Origin: Eledone cirrhosa
Lineage: Eukaryota
Length of the DNA: 64,000 bases
Direction: 5' to 3'
Assembly (NCBI GenBank): GCA_964016885.1
Contig: OZ024740.1
Location: 363,444,001-363,508,000, forward strand
This document shows positions 1-13,600 of this stretch, in pieces. Made by a program: the position numbers and the translations under genes. The notes under the pieces are model-generated. The model was not told where the DNA came from and did not search any database. It worked only from the letters and a program-made list of their open reading frames with translations. Each line of letters starts with the position of its first letter. The stretch's first letter is position 1.

Positions 1-59
1 AAGATGTATGGAGGGGGGGGGGGGGCGTGCAGGAGGAAAGTCATAAATACTAGATGTAT

Positions 60-549
60 TCTCTAACTCGAACACATAGAAAGGTGGGTCTTCTTTCTGT
101 ATTACTGCATAATGCCAGCGATCTGAATCATGTGTCATCACCTTTGAGAGGTGTAATTGTGCAAGGTCAGCTTTTATCACCTCATCCCAAGTCTTCCTAC
201 CCCATCGCTTCCATCAACTTGGCACCTTTTTATACAGCTGTCATCCTTCATACGCATCACATGTCCATACCAATGCAATTTCCTCTCCTTCACACTGCAT
301 CTTATGCCCAGTTTCTCTCTCAGTTCATTTATATTTTACCATTCATGTATTACACATCCATCGAAGCAAGGAAGCTTCATTTCTTTCCAGTCTTTGCAGG
401 TCCTCTGCACACAGTGCCCAAGTTTTACTACCATGCAAAATTGCTGTTCGTATATAGGCATCATACAATGTGCCCATCATTTTAAGGAAAAAACCTTTTG
501 TATTTAGCAGTGGTAGTAGCTCCATGAACTTTCTCGGACCCGTTGTCAC
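60..549 (-). mobile_element. RTE LINE subfamily A, 5'-truncated 3' fragment
   Basis: KFMELLPLL...LHGSKTWAL...LERNEASLLRWMC matches the C-terminus of the 15.3-19 kb element. Confidence 0.88.
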
Positions 550-2105
550 TCTGTGGAGATTGAATGAGACTACTCCCTACCGACCCAACAGAGGGATTAG
601 TTATCGAAATTGACAGTTATAGGGTCAAGAGGTGGTTAAAGGGACGAAGAATGGTAAAGCCACAAGACCATCAGGGATAGTTGCTGAGATGCTAAAAGCA
701 TCAGATGTAGGAGCTGAACTAGTAACCCACATAGTCAATCAGGTAATACAGGATGGTGCCATACCCAATGACTGGTGCAGCAGTACACTAGTTAATTGCT
801 ATAAGGGAAAAGAACAGCTACTGAGGAACAAAACTAATAGACCAAGTTATGAAAGTGATGGCACAGTTAATTAGGGAATGAGATGCATTTCAATTTTATC
901 CCTAAAAGAAGTACTACAGATGCCCTCTTCCTAATGAGACAACTACAAGAGAAGTTTGTAGTCAAGAATAAGCAGCTATATTTAGCTTTTGTTGATCTAG
1001 AAAAGGCATTTGACAGAGAACCTTGACCTGTCATCTGGTGGTCCCTAAGGAAATTGGGAGTAGACGAGTGGCTTTGTGAGATCAATGCAAGTCTTGTATA
1101 GAGAAGCTGTCAGTAATGTGACAGTAGAAAATGAGTTTAGTGAGGAATTTAAGATACAGGTAGGAGTTCATCAGAGGAGTTTAAGACTGGTTGTCCATGA
1201 GAACTTCTGTGCGCTGATGACCTGATCAGCAAAGCTGAAACCATGGAAGGGCTAGAAATTAAGTTCTGACTGTGGAAACAAAAACTGGAATAAAAAGGGG
1301 TTGAGAGTAAACTTATGCAAAACTAAAGTGCTAGTGTTAAGTAGGAATGAAGATAGAACCCTGTTTCCTTAACAGAAGTGGACTTGTTCAATATGTAGAA
1401 AAGGAGTAGGTTTATACGATGTACACAACGTAAATCTTGGATACACAGGAGATGTAGTGGGATAACAAGTAGACTAACAGGAAAGGAAGGGTTTGTATTT
1501 AGAAGCTCAGAGTTAATTGACAGTAGCAGCGACAATATCTTATCCAGGAAGGATCCATAGCTCCGAAAGCATAGTAGATAGAAAAAGGATATGATGGAAA
1601 AAGTTTAGGGGACTACTGATTTAACAACAAAAGGTTTCTCCTTCTGAATGAAAGGCTGGCTGTGTGTCACCTGTGTGTGAAGTGCTATGCTGCATGATTC
1701 TGAAACATTGGTAGTGACTGCAGAGGTTGGTGAGAAATGAAGAAAGCATGCTTCAATGGACGCGCAATGTTAATCTAAGAGAATGACAGAGCATGGATGA
1801 ACTGAGAGAAAAACCGAGTATAAGAGGAATCAGAAGTAGTATAGAAGAAATAAAACTGTGTTGGTATGGACATATGATGCGCATGAATGGTGATCGTTGG
1901 TTGAAGAAGTGCTAAGAAATACCAGTGGAAATAAGCCGCAGTAAAGGAACGTCAAGGAAGATCTGGGCAGAGGTGGTGAGATCTGATCTTAAATCGCTGA
2001 AACTCAGTGGAGATGACCAAATATCGCGACGTTCGGAGAAATGCTGTAAAGGACCCGTCGAACCGATGCAAGAGTGAAAATACAAACGTAAAAACGATGA
2101 TGATG
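550..2105 (+). mobile_element. RTE LINE subfamily B, degraded RT to (GAT)n tail
   Basis: GKATRPSGIVAEMLKAS, FVDLEKAFDR, ADDL motifs with stops/frameshifts; ends AAAACGATGATGATG. Confidence 0.88.
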
Positions 2106-2201
2106 GTATATGTACTCTTTACAATACCTATACTCCACTTTCCCAAGTATGGAGTACTTAGCTGAATAATGGTCTTACTAATAGTCTTGGTGACTCCCAA
2201 T

Positions 2202-2245
<44 letters not shown>

Positions 2246-2405
2246 CTGGCATTGATAAATATGCTGGGTCCGTCAACCCTTATTATATATATATATATAT
2301 TATATATATGTGTGTGTGCGTGTGTAAAAGGTAAACAGAAATAACAACACAATCGGTACAGTATATGGAAGGGATATATTAGGTTAAATTTGATGTAGCA
2401 GGAAG

Positions 2406-2452
<47 letters not shown>

Positions 2453-2869
2453 TACTGAGCTTGATCGACGTTCATGCTTTTCCCAAAAGCATTAACGAAA
2501 TAAGTGCGGTGCACCGTAAACATATCGCTAAGTAAATATATATACTACAATGCAATCAATAAAGTACGCGATACAAATAATATTATATGAGAAGACTTAC
2601 TATCCATCACACTTTTACTGCCAAAAACATATCATTAAATTCTTCCAAACAACGAAAGGAATATTTTTCTTTTTTTGGAAATGCCGCGAATAATGTTTAT
2701 ACAAAAGATTGATCCATACCGGTGTCCTATGAATACAAGTTCCTACGGAAAAATATTCTATCAAATTTATTTAAATTTCTACTCAACTTTGTTAAGGATG
2801 TGTAAAACCTGAAATCGTTATAAATTGTATTCATATGCAAATTACACGAGTAAAGATATACAGATGAAG

Positions 2870-5800
2870 TAATTGCCATTGGGGTAGCAGAGGACAAGGT
2901 TGATCTTCAGGCATTTGCTGCCAGCTCAGCCAAAGACCTAGGCTGTGTTCCCCCAAAGAGTGCTCTCTGCCTTGGTCGACCTGGTCCAAAACCCGACTCA
3001 TCAGGCTGTCTTTTTCGGACCCCGCTGAGGCAATTTCATATCATCTGGCCTCTGTTAAAGCTGGGCGTGAAAATCGGATTCCCTTCCGAACATGCCCAGG
3101 CCTACCACCTAATGTACGTCCAAAGCTACGTGCTGCAACTTCCTTGAACCGGAACTCAGCACAACATGAAAGTTTTAGTCTGCGTGATGATAGGCAGATC
3201 TGGAGGTTTGTTAAGGCTGGTGAAACGTGGAAGAGAGATACCAGCTGGTCTGAGTGTGCACTACCCACAATAACTGGCAATGAAAAAACTGCAACAACTC
3301 TGGGAAACTAAACCAGAACAACCTGCCATCCTCTACACACCATCATAAACTGCAAGCAAGGTACAAATTGTTGTCCTTAAATGCTCGCAGTTTATGCAAC
3401 AAGATACATCTGTTTAACTCCTACGTCAGAAGCATCGACCCTGACTTCATCACAGTCACAGAAACATGGGCACATTCCTTACTCTGTGATGGGGTTTTCA
3501 GCATTACTGGGTACAACCTGTTCCGCAAGGACTGCATTAATCGGCGTGGTGGTGGTGTGATGGTCTACGTTCGTTCAAACTTTTTGGTAATTCCTTGCGT
3601 TGATTTGAACGAATCACAAGAAGTTTTTTTCTGTGACATACGTATGACCATGTCAACACTTCTGCTTGGTGGTGTTTATCGCCCCCCAAACTACCATCAT
3701 GACACACAGCTTTGCGATATCCTCAGAGCTGCTGCCAGGAAAACAGACACTTATGTGTTTGTTGCAGGTGACTTCAATCATCCTGAGATCGATTGGGAAA
3801 CCTTTTGTTGACCACAAAGTGCAAACGATTTCCTTGAGCTAGTGCTGGACTCAAACTGGTCACAAGTAGTCACCTCTCCAACAAGAGGTGACAACACTTT
3901 GGACCTGATCTTCACCACTACTTCTGAAGTGGTTATCAGTTGTACTACTGAGGAACCTCTAGGCAACTCTGATCATGCTTTTATCATTGCCAATCTGGCT
4001 CTTGCGGGCAACAACAAATACCAGAACCATCTCCAATCTGCTTGCTTTGATTGGAAGAAAGCAGATTGGAACTTGTACTGCACTGAGCTACAGTGCCCAA
4101 ACTGGCATGAGTTCTATAACTCTGGAGATGTGAACAATATACCCCCAGAGCATCCTGTACTCAATATGGATAGCGTGTGCAGCATCAGTGCCACGTAAGC
4201 AGAAAAAAACCCACCCCAAAAGTGCAATTTGGGAAACTTCAGCGGTTCGACTTGCCAGGAAAGAACGTCGGAATGCTGAACGGGAATATAAACTGCATAA
4301 ATCAGATGCCAACAGAAAAAAGCGGTATAAATCTTCCAACCATCTCAAGCAAGTGACAAAAAAGGCAGTGCTTGAATTTGAACAGTGCATAGCAACCAAT
4401 CCTGACAGTAAGGTGTTCTGGAAATATGTACATTCAAAGCAGAGACCTCACTCTCCAGTTGGTCCTCTTCGCAATCCCCACACAAGCCAGATCACTGACG
4501 ATCCCAAAGAATGCACAGAACTCATTGCTGAGTGCTATGCAAGCATTTTTACTGTTGAAAACCAGAATGTACCATCTCTACCATCTCTAACATCAAATTC
4601 CATAACAACTATGGAATTTACACCTACAATGCTGCGACGTCACCTTAAGAATAAGCGCAACTATGCCTCCCCTGGTCTTGAGCGTGTTACATACCTGCTT
4701 CTCAAACATAGTGGGTACTTCATTTTGCACCAGCTTTCTTTCTTCTTTCAATATTGTCTCAACAATGGTGCTACTCCGGAGCAGTGGAAAACTGCTAGTG
4801 TCATTCCCCTGTTCAAAAAGGGCGACCGCACGTCACCTGTCAACTATCGTCCAGTCAGTCTTACTAGCTGTATTGCCAAACTGATGGAATCCTGTGTCAG
4901 AGAAACACTTTGGAACTTCTGGAGCTCTCACAGCCTCATCCGGCCCTCACAATTTGGATTTATCCCTAACTCCAGCTGCTGTGATCAGCTTATCGAGTTC
5001 CTTGAAGACATTACCCGGATCACTGACAGCGGCTCATGGGTAGATGTTGTTTACTTTGACTTCGCTAAGGCTTTTAATTCTGTGCCACACAAAAGATTTA
5101 TGGCAAAACTCTATGCAATCGGTGTGAGGGATGATTTTTTTAACTGGTTGAAATCCTTCATTCTCAGCTGAAAAGAGGTAGTCACGGTTCTAGGACAGCA
5201 TTCTTCACCATATGAGATGTCATCTGGTGTACCACAGGGATCTGTTCTTGGTCCCATTTTGTTTGTGGCATATATTAATGACTTAGATGCCAACTTAAAG
5301 AATGCCACGGTATTGAAATATGCAGATGACATCAAGCTGTACCTTGAAATCAAAAGGACTGATCCTGAAATCTACAACTCTTTCTTACAATCAGACCTGG
5401 ACACAATGCAGCAATGGATCACAGACTGGCAACTGAAGCTGGCTGTGGACAAGTGCACCACCATGCATTTTGGGAGGAAAAACCCAGCATCCACATACTC
5501 CCTCCATAACACTAATATCAAGAAGTCCTCTTGTGAACGTGACCTGGGCATTACTGTCAGCAGCAATTTGCATTGGACAAAGCATGTCTCTAAAATTGTC
5601 AAGAAGGCCAAGGGTGTCTTGGCATCACTCAGCAAGACCTTTGTTAGCCGCTCTCCAGCCATCTATTTAAAACTATATACAGCTATGGTACGACCACACT
5701 TGGAATTCGCATCAGTCTGGAACCCCTATCTTGCTCAGAACATTGACCTCCTGGAAACTGTTCAGAGACGTGCAACCAAGTGCATACCCTCCATCAGACA

Positions 5801-6265
5801 CCTATCATACTCTGAATGCCTTGCTTATCTGGGCATGGATTCATTGATGCTCTGACGTCTGGCAACTGACTTGGTAAACACCCACAAAGTTATTAACCAT
5901 CTCGCCAACAACAACCCTGAGCACCTTTTTTATCTCCATGTGTCTAACACACGTGGACATGCCTACAAAATCAGAAAACAGCACAGCTCCCATGACTTTT
6001 GGAAACATTTTTTCACGCTTAGAGTTGCTGAAGCATGGAACAAACTGCTTGTGTCAGTTGTTAGCTGCTGAGACACTACATCCTTTAAAACCCTCATGCT
6101 TCCCGAAATACGCCAAAACTACACCTGATGTACCCCTTCCATACACATGCACACATGTGTATATCATGACTCATGCACTGTTCATTTTCCTGACGTTTGT
6201 ACATTACCCTATGTACTATACATACATTTTTAATGAGTTGTAGTGCACCTGAGCACCGTACACAA
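2870..6265 (+). mobile_element. CR1-type LINE (ORF1 tail, APE endonuclease, RT), disabled
   Basis: LNARSL, TETW, GGGV, GDFNHP, SDH (APE); NYRPVSLTS, DFAKAF, SGVPQGSVLGP, YADD (RT); (ATT)n tail; several stops/frameshifts. Confidence 0.92.
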
Positions 6266-6311
6266 TATTTTCATTATTATTAGATATATTGCAGTAGCTA
6301 TATAAATTTTC

Positions 6312-6312
<1 letters not shown>

Positions 6313-6358
<46 letters not shown>

Positions 6359-6530
6359 CGAAAATACAAAATTTACCTCTTTTATGAGTAAACAACATTC
6401 TTTGTTTTCTGGTTGGTTGGCTGGTTGGCTGGTTGGTTGGTTGGTTGGTTGAATCACATGAAAACTACACACACATACATCTAAAGAGAGAGACACAGAG
6501 GGAGAGGCAGAAAGAGAGAGATAGGCCATT
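6313..6530. repeat. Microsatellite cluster (AAT)n, (GGTT)n, (CA)n, (GA)n
   Basis: Directly visible. Confidence 0.95.
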
Positions 6531-6714
6531 ATACAGAGAGAGATACAATAAAAGTGTTAGATATTCAGAGAGAGAGTAACGTCTCACAAATGTCTAGAAA
6601 TGGATTAAACTATAAATCTTTTGATCTATAGGAAGGTTTAACAATATTGTGTTAGCTTTTATAAATTCGTTTTACAGTCTTTGATTTTACAGAAGAAAGA
6701 AAAATTGATACTAT

Positions 6715-7087
6715 TTGAAATTAATCTACCCTCCAGAATTTATCCATATACTACTTACAGACAGTACTAACGAAGATAAACATTTCAGAAGCAATGTTAT
6801 GCGGTATATTGCTGTGTTTCAGATAACTTCCTTTGCAGCTGAAAAAGATCATACTGACTATGGTTATTTCGCAACATTTAAAAATCCAAAGCTAACGCTA
6901 CCATTTAATCGGCAGTTTACTCCCCAGGCTAATAAGGAAGTTTTATGATGGTTGTTTTTTATGTTCCTCTCACACACACACATTATGGTCTCACGTCATA
7001 CCAGACAACACACCCAATACAGTCATTTTCTCTTTAATGCATCTTCTCTTAACTGTTCTCCTGGGTGAAACTGGGTACCTCAGCTAG
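6715..7087 (+). mobile_element. Helitron remnant (Rep-region fragment and 3' end)
   Basis: HFRSNVMRY..FQITSF...ATFK/IQ..YHLIGSLLP resembles the Helitron HF..NIR.YN..FQMTSF...TFKIQG..YH.IGSLLP block; imperfect hairpin CCTGGGTGAAACTGGG then CTAG|T at 7084-7087. Confidence 0.7.
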
Positions 7088-7705
7088 TTGTTACTAAAAT
7101 GAACCAATATCAGTTATGAGTCTGAGTAACCAGCATATGCACAGAAGCAAATTTGTAGCAGCAATTTGATACTCTTTCCAATAGAGTTCCTTTTGCATTA
7201 TCTTATACTGCCAAATCGGCCACCATTGAAGCTGATCTCTATGGCATCATAGATAATCTCCCACTACATCTATCTATCTGATCTCTCTGCCTATATTCCT
7301 TTCTATGTATTCATCTACCAGTCTGCTCTCAACCACACAACCACTCCTGCACTTGTATTAAATGATATATATATATATTTGATATGCTATTTCTGTATAT
7401 ATTCAGTGACACCCCAACTCCACTGCAACATGTAGGGATTAAGGTTTTGGTTTAGGATTAGTGTTTAAACTTAGGATTAAGCAGAAAGGGAAGAATTGAA
7501 AACCTGCAAATTGTAAAGTGTTTCTCTTTTTCCCCAGGCACATGAAAAAAATCAAAATACATTGGACAAACAAACCAAATTATCTACCTTCCTCATCAGC
7601 CAGCCTCTGTCAATGAAATTTCGTGCATAAGAGCAGGATTGCATAACTGATGAAAACAATTGGGTGTCTTTCGACTTGAACAGCAAAGTGAATATAGAAA
7701 TAATT

Positions 7706-7925
7706 AATAATGGTTTCTGATTTAGGCACAAGGCCAACAACTTTGGAGGAGGGGCAAGTCGATTAAATCAACCTGGTCATTGCTGGTACTTTATTTTATC
7801 AACCCCGTAAGGATGAAAAGCAAAGCTAACCTCGGCAGGATTTGAACTCAGAACATAAAGGGCCATAACTCCATGTCACAAGGCATATTGTCTGATGCTC
7901 TGCCGATACTGCCAATCCACCGCTT
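7706..7925 (-). mobile_element. tRNA-derived SINE with Nin/Deu-like domain
   Basis: Minus strand has B-box GTTCAAAT and GCTTTCATCCTTACGGGGTTGATAAAATAAAGTACCAG. Confidence 0.8.
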
Positions 7926-7975
7926 ATTACATAAACAATTAATAGTAAGTCTTACAACTAAAGACAGGACAGGAT

Positions 7976-8615
7976 ACATCATCATCATCATCACTGTTTA
8001 ACGTCCATTTTCCATGCTAGCATGGGTTAAACAAGTTGTCCCGTTGTGATAAATGTTGGGTCAGGTGACCATGTCTTGCTCATACAGAGCTGATTTTGGC
8101 TTGGTTTCTATGGCTTGATACCCTTCCTAATGCCAACTACATTTACAGTGAAGACTGGGTGCTTTTGTCGTGATACCTACATGACCACTTTACAGTGTGG
8201 ACTGGGTGCTTTTGTTGTGACACCAACACAACACTTTATAGTGTAGACTGGGTGCTTTTGTTGTGTCACCAACACAACACTTTATAGTGTGGACTGGGTG
8301 CTTTTGTTGTGTCACCAACACGACACTTTATAGTGTGGACTGGGTGCTTTTTGTTGTGTCACCAACACGACACTTTATAGTGTGGACTGGGTGCTTTTTG
8401 TTGTGTCACCAACACAACACTTTATAGTGTGGACTGGGTGCTTTTTGTTGTGTCACCAACACAACACTTTATAGTGTGGACTGGGTGCTTTTGTCATGAT
8501 ACCTACATGACCACTTTACAGTGTGGACTGGGCGCTTTTTGTTGACACCAAAACAACCACTTTACAGTGTGGACGGGGGGCGTGGGAGAGTAGGCAAAAC
8601 AACCACTTTACAGAC
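7976..8615 (-). repeat. RTE-A-type 3' tail with about 10 tandem 46-47 bp units
   Basis: (CAT)n + GTTTAACGTCC...GCATGGGTT terminus, then repeated CACTTTATAGTGTGGACTGGGTGCTTTT...CACCAACAC. Confidence 0.9.
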
Positions 8616-10130
8616 ATATATAGTAAGAAAAACACAAGAAAGGACCAGTGCAGGTTAATCTACATTGGCTAGAATAGTTTTTTTTTAAATTGATTAATAA
8701 AGTACCAGTCAAGTACTAGGATCAATTCTTCCCCTTCCTCCTCCTCCTCTCCCCCACTCTCTCTCTCTCTCTAGCCTTCCCTTTCTCTCTGGAAGACATA
8801 GGCGGTGTTGAGACCTGGATAAGGATGAGCTCCACCAGGCCAGGTTTAAATGGTGTATTTCATGACAACACCCTTACAACTCCACCACGAGTTAAGGAGA
8901 CTCATGGAGGGGTGGACATACATATATGCATATACACATGTATAGATACAGAAACATATGCATGTGTACACATATAACTGAAAACATACAGATCCACACA
9001 TGCAATAACATACATTCTTTCACAGACATACACCGAAACACATACTGACGTACATGATAAGAAATATACAAGAAAAGGACCATATGATGATGAGTTTGTA
9101 GATCCAGTACCCAACATTTAGTTTCAACTTATTATTACTGGAGCTACAGGGTATATACCAACCTGTCTGACCAAAGTATGTCAGAACTTAGATTGGAGGT
9201 AAAAAAGCAGCTCCTTAATTCATAAGCTCCAAATGTCCTTGATATCTGGAACCTTCAATATCTGTAAAACATTCTTATGATTCAAAGAATAACTGATTGA
9301 ATAAGGGATGATGAAAATTTCCTTTTCTTTACAATTTTCCTCCAGGAAAAAAATAAACTCAAAATTAAAAGAAAGAGACAAAACATATCTACACACACAC
9401 ACACCCAAATATCACTCTCTATATAAAATTCTTTGTCTCTCTGTCTGTCTGTTCCTATGCATTCTCAAACAGCTGGGCCAAATCAAATCAAATTTTACTA
9501 GGTAATAGTATTAGACCCTGGGACTGTCAACATGTAATTTTTATTTTCATTTGGATTAAAAGAATATAATATTTTATCTAAAATAATCTTTCTATAGTGA
9601 ACTATAGTAAACCATGACGCCAACGCTGATGACGAGTCACATTTTGTATATGAGTGTGTATGTGCCTGTGAATGTGTGTGTGTTTGCGAGTTTGTTACTA
9701 CGTAAGTTGCATACCCATTATCTTCACACACAGACAATTAAACACACACACACATCTACACATACAGATACATATGTGATGACAGACAGTATGTTTGTGT
9801 GTGTCTGTCTTAGTATATGTATGTGAGAGTGTGTGTGAGTGTACGTCGTGTGTGTGAGTGTATGTGTGACAATTTTTATTTTCATTTGCATTAAAACAAT
9901 AGAAAACAACACTCCTATTCTACATATGGAGCAGGGCAACTTCCCTGGACGGATCAAGATTTTATCTTCTTTCCTACTCACTAACACTTTAGTTATATAT
10001 ATATATATATATCATCATCATCATCGTTTAACGTCTATTTTCCACGTTAGCAGGGAAAAGCGGATGTAAAATGATGATGATGACACACACACTCACGCAC
10101 AGATACACACACACACACACACACATTAAA

Positions 10131-10462
10131 TGTATTGTTTATCAAAATAGCATTCATTAACTCACGTCTTGCAAAGGCATTTCATTTGTCTTAGTCATTA
10201 GTAATGAAACTGTCTTCAAACAGTTCGTTCATATAATTAAGTATTATGAACTTTCAACCATTACCTTTCTACAGTTAAACATAATTTTCTCTATGTATCA
10301 GGTAACCGATGTTACCTTCCATCAAATCATTTTAGATAAAGTGTATTGCTTATCAAAATAGCATTAATTAACTCACGTCTTGCAAAGGCATTTCATTTGT
10401 CATAGTCATTAGTCATTAGTAATTAAACTGCCTCAAACAGTTCGTTCATATAATTAAGTATT
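10131..10462. repeat. Direct duplication of about 116-120 bp upstream of exon 1
   Basis: TGTATTG.TTATCAAAATAGCATT...CATATAATTAAGTATT at about 10131-10246 and 10343-10462. Confidence 0.92.
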
Positions 10463-10584
10463 TGTCTCCAAGATTTATATTGCATTTAATTTTTCAAAAA
10501 GTGGATATACATTTATATTGTTTAATACGCAATATAAGTACCCCCTATGACTAGCAAATCTAAAGGCATGAAGTTACTCTGAAA

Positions 10585-10639
10585 ATGGGCAATCACCACT
10601 TTCTACTCTTCTTATTTGGCACTTTGGTGCTTCAAACAG
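10585..10639 (+). CDS. MAM gene exon 1 (signal peptide MGNHHFLLFLFGTLVLQT)
   Basis: AAAATGG start context, hydrophobic core, CAG|GTATGG phase-1 donor; joins exon 2 to give ...LQTVING|QHVCDF, a plausible signal cleavage site. Confidence 0.75.
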
Positions 10640-13600
10640 GTATGGAATTTTACTTTTATTCTTTCTGAGGTTTTTTTATAATGGAGATTTTAATCTAACT
10701 TTATAATATCAGTTTAACCCTTTCATGACCATATTTCTAATGACATAATTTATTTCAATTAATAAAGAATTTTGAAAGATTTACTAAAATTATTAATTAT
10801 TTCTTTACTGAGATGATAACTATGGTCCTTCAATAAATTGTGCTGGAACATTTTAATGTAACCCTTCAGTGACAGTTTCCTAATGTACATTTTCAATTAA
10901 TTAATTGTTTCTACTTTAGGCACAAGGCCAGCAATTACCCAGTGCATTACTGGTACTTTATTTTATCGACCCCGTAAGGATGAAAGGCAAAGTCAAAATT
11001 AATGAATAGTTTTCAGGGATTTACTAAAATTATTTCATTACTATTATAGTAACTTAACACATGGTTCTTATATAAAATTAGCTGGAAGATATTAATTTAA
11101 GTAGGAAACCTTCGAGATTAGTGATTTTACTAGAAGAAGATGAAGAAGAAGAAGAAATCATTGCACATATCCATTATAATGATTTCAATTTTATTACCAA
11201 ACCAGCAATTAGATGGGTGGAGAGGATGTCAGTTATATTGACCCCAGTACTTGACTGGTACTTATTTTATCAATCATACTGAGCTAGATGTAATACTAAG
11301 TGGACTGTGGAGTGTGATATGCTGTGTATAGTGTTATTATGAGAGAAAATGCTTAGGGATTTTTATTTATGTTGCTGTATGTTCTGGATTCAAATTCCAT
11401 CAGGGTCGATTTTGTCTTTCATCATTCCAAAGTCAATAAAACACATACCAGTTGAGTACTGAGTTTGATATATTTGACTGTATTTTTATGTGCTTATTTA
11501 AGATTAATTATTTTGTCACCCTCACTGAATCTATGATAGAAAACTGTTTAGTTTATAGTGTTTATATATATTTTAATATTTTTCATCATAATTTTATCTA
11601 AGAACCTCTCATATGTTCCAAACATCAGCTTAATAATGAGAAAGTTAGTTGTATTACTAAATCCCTTAGAATTCTTTATAATTTTCTAAATTATTTGAAA
11701 AGTATTGGCAGTGTCTTTCATTAGAAATATGATAACTAAATTGTTAATATTCATCTGAACATTTTCCATTATAATTTTATGAAAGAACCTCTGCTCCAAA
11801 GAACTTATGCTCCAAATACGAACTTAATAATGGGAAAATTAGTTATATGACTAAATCTTTTTAAATTCTTCATTACTTTCAAAATTATCTTAAAATTGTT
11901 AGTAGTGTCTTTCATTAGAAATATGATAGTGAAAGAGATATTGTTGTGGTGGTTCTGTGCCTATTTTAGAAATTTTTACTGGATTGGCAGAACCGTTAGC
12001 GTGGCAGACAAAATCTCTTGAGGTGAGTCTTTATGTTCTAAGTTCATATCAGAAACTAGTTGCCATGATAGCTAATCAATTGAACCTGTGCAAGTATTAG
12101 CACCCAGTCTGATTAAATTGGTGACAAAATTTACAAAGGAAAAGGCATATAAAATGAAGTTGTAATGTGCCTGTAACTGAAACTTTTATGAGACTTAAAT
12201 TTTAACAGCTAGAGATTATGCTTTTAACCCTTTTTATCTGTGTTCTTTTTGTGTGTATAAGTGTGTTTGTGAGACAATAAGCAAAATATTGTCATAACAT
12301 GATAGGTTGCTTATGCTAAATAACCTTTAGAATTATATAGACATAAAGATGTGTGAAATAAATTGATTTATTGTTGAGCTGCCTTTGGTAGAGGTATGTA
12401 TTCTACCAACTGTCGTTTTGTTCAAAATAATTTGTGTCAAATTATTTTCTTTTGTCTTTAAAAAAAATATTTAAATTTGAATGTATTATATATTCTTGAA
12501 ATTTTAAATCTATTTAGCAGTTTCAAGTTTTGTGATATTTATTGTTTTAATAAAAAATCTTTTTATTGGAAATCAAAGTTGACCATTTTGTGTGTGTGTC
12601 TGTGTGTGTGTGTGTGTGGGTGGGTGGGTGGGGGGGGGGGGGGGGGGGCATGTGTGTGCATGCATGTGGAAGCAGTGGCAAATTGTGGGGGTGGAGGTGA
12701 CAACATTTAAAGAGCTTCAGATTAGTAACTTTACTATCATAAATAATATGTAAGGGCTCCCCAATTAAATTTTCAGGCAGGTACCCTTGCCTAGGCTATA
12801 AAATAGTCTGCAGTACCTAGTAGAGTTATTTTCTGTATGTTGTATATATTTCTAAGTCTTGGGATTTTGGGTATGTATCTGTCTGTATTTTTTATCATTT
12901 TCAGAGCACCTATTATATTAAAAATAGTTTATTTTCATCATTGATATTTGGTATAATTCTGTCACTATATCTTTATATTTAGATAATTTCTTAATTTCCT
13001 TGATAGATATATTGTTTTCTGTGGGAGTAGATACATCAGTTAGTTAACAGTGATTATTGTGTTCTATTGTTATGATTGATATTTTAAAATTTCTGTTATT
13101 GTTTTACCTATTGTTTTCACTTTGATGATGATTCCTTTTCTTCACTCAATGTAAACCCAACTCTATATTGTTTTATCCTTGTATCATCTCTAATCTCTTG
13201 TGGTGAATAAAAAAAATCACCATTATTTTTATTACTGTTATTTACTGTTTTTGCTCTTCATTAAATGTTGTCTCCATTTCTTGCCCATTGTGTTCTTGAT
13301 ACCCAAGGCAAAGAAACACATTGCATACATTGGTAAGTCACAAAAATAAACACACCAGATTGTTCACGTATATCATCTGCTTTATACATGTACACATTAT
13401 CCATTAAAAGTCATATTTACAACAGAATAATAATCAATCATATAAGAGTTCTCTATTATAATTATGGAATGTAATCAAATAAAGTGATGTAAAAAAAAAG
13501 TTTATATAAAGAATTATCATTCTCACAGTGATAGTGCTTTTCTCAACATGCTGTATCAGTTAAAACAATTTTTTGCACTTCTTGCAGTGATGGTCAACTA

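Noticed and set aside
9415-9500. Possible non-autonomous Helitron 5' end (TATATAAAA..GTCTGTCTG..CTATGCATTC)
   Set aside because: Too short and no matching 3' end identified.
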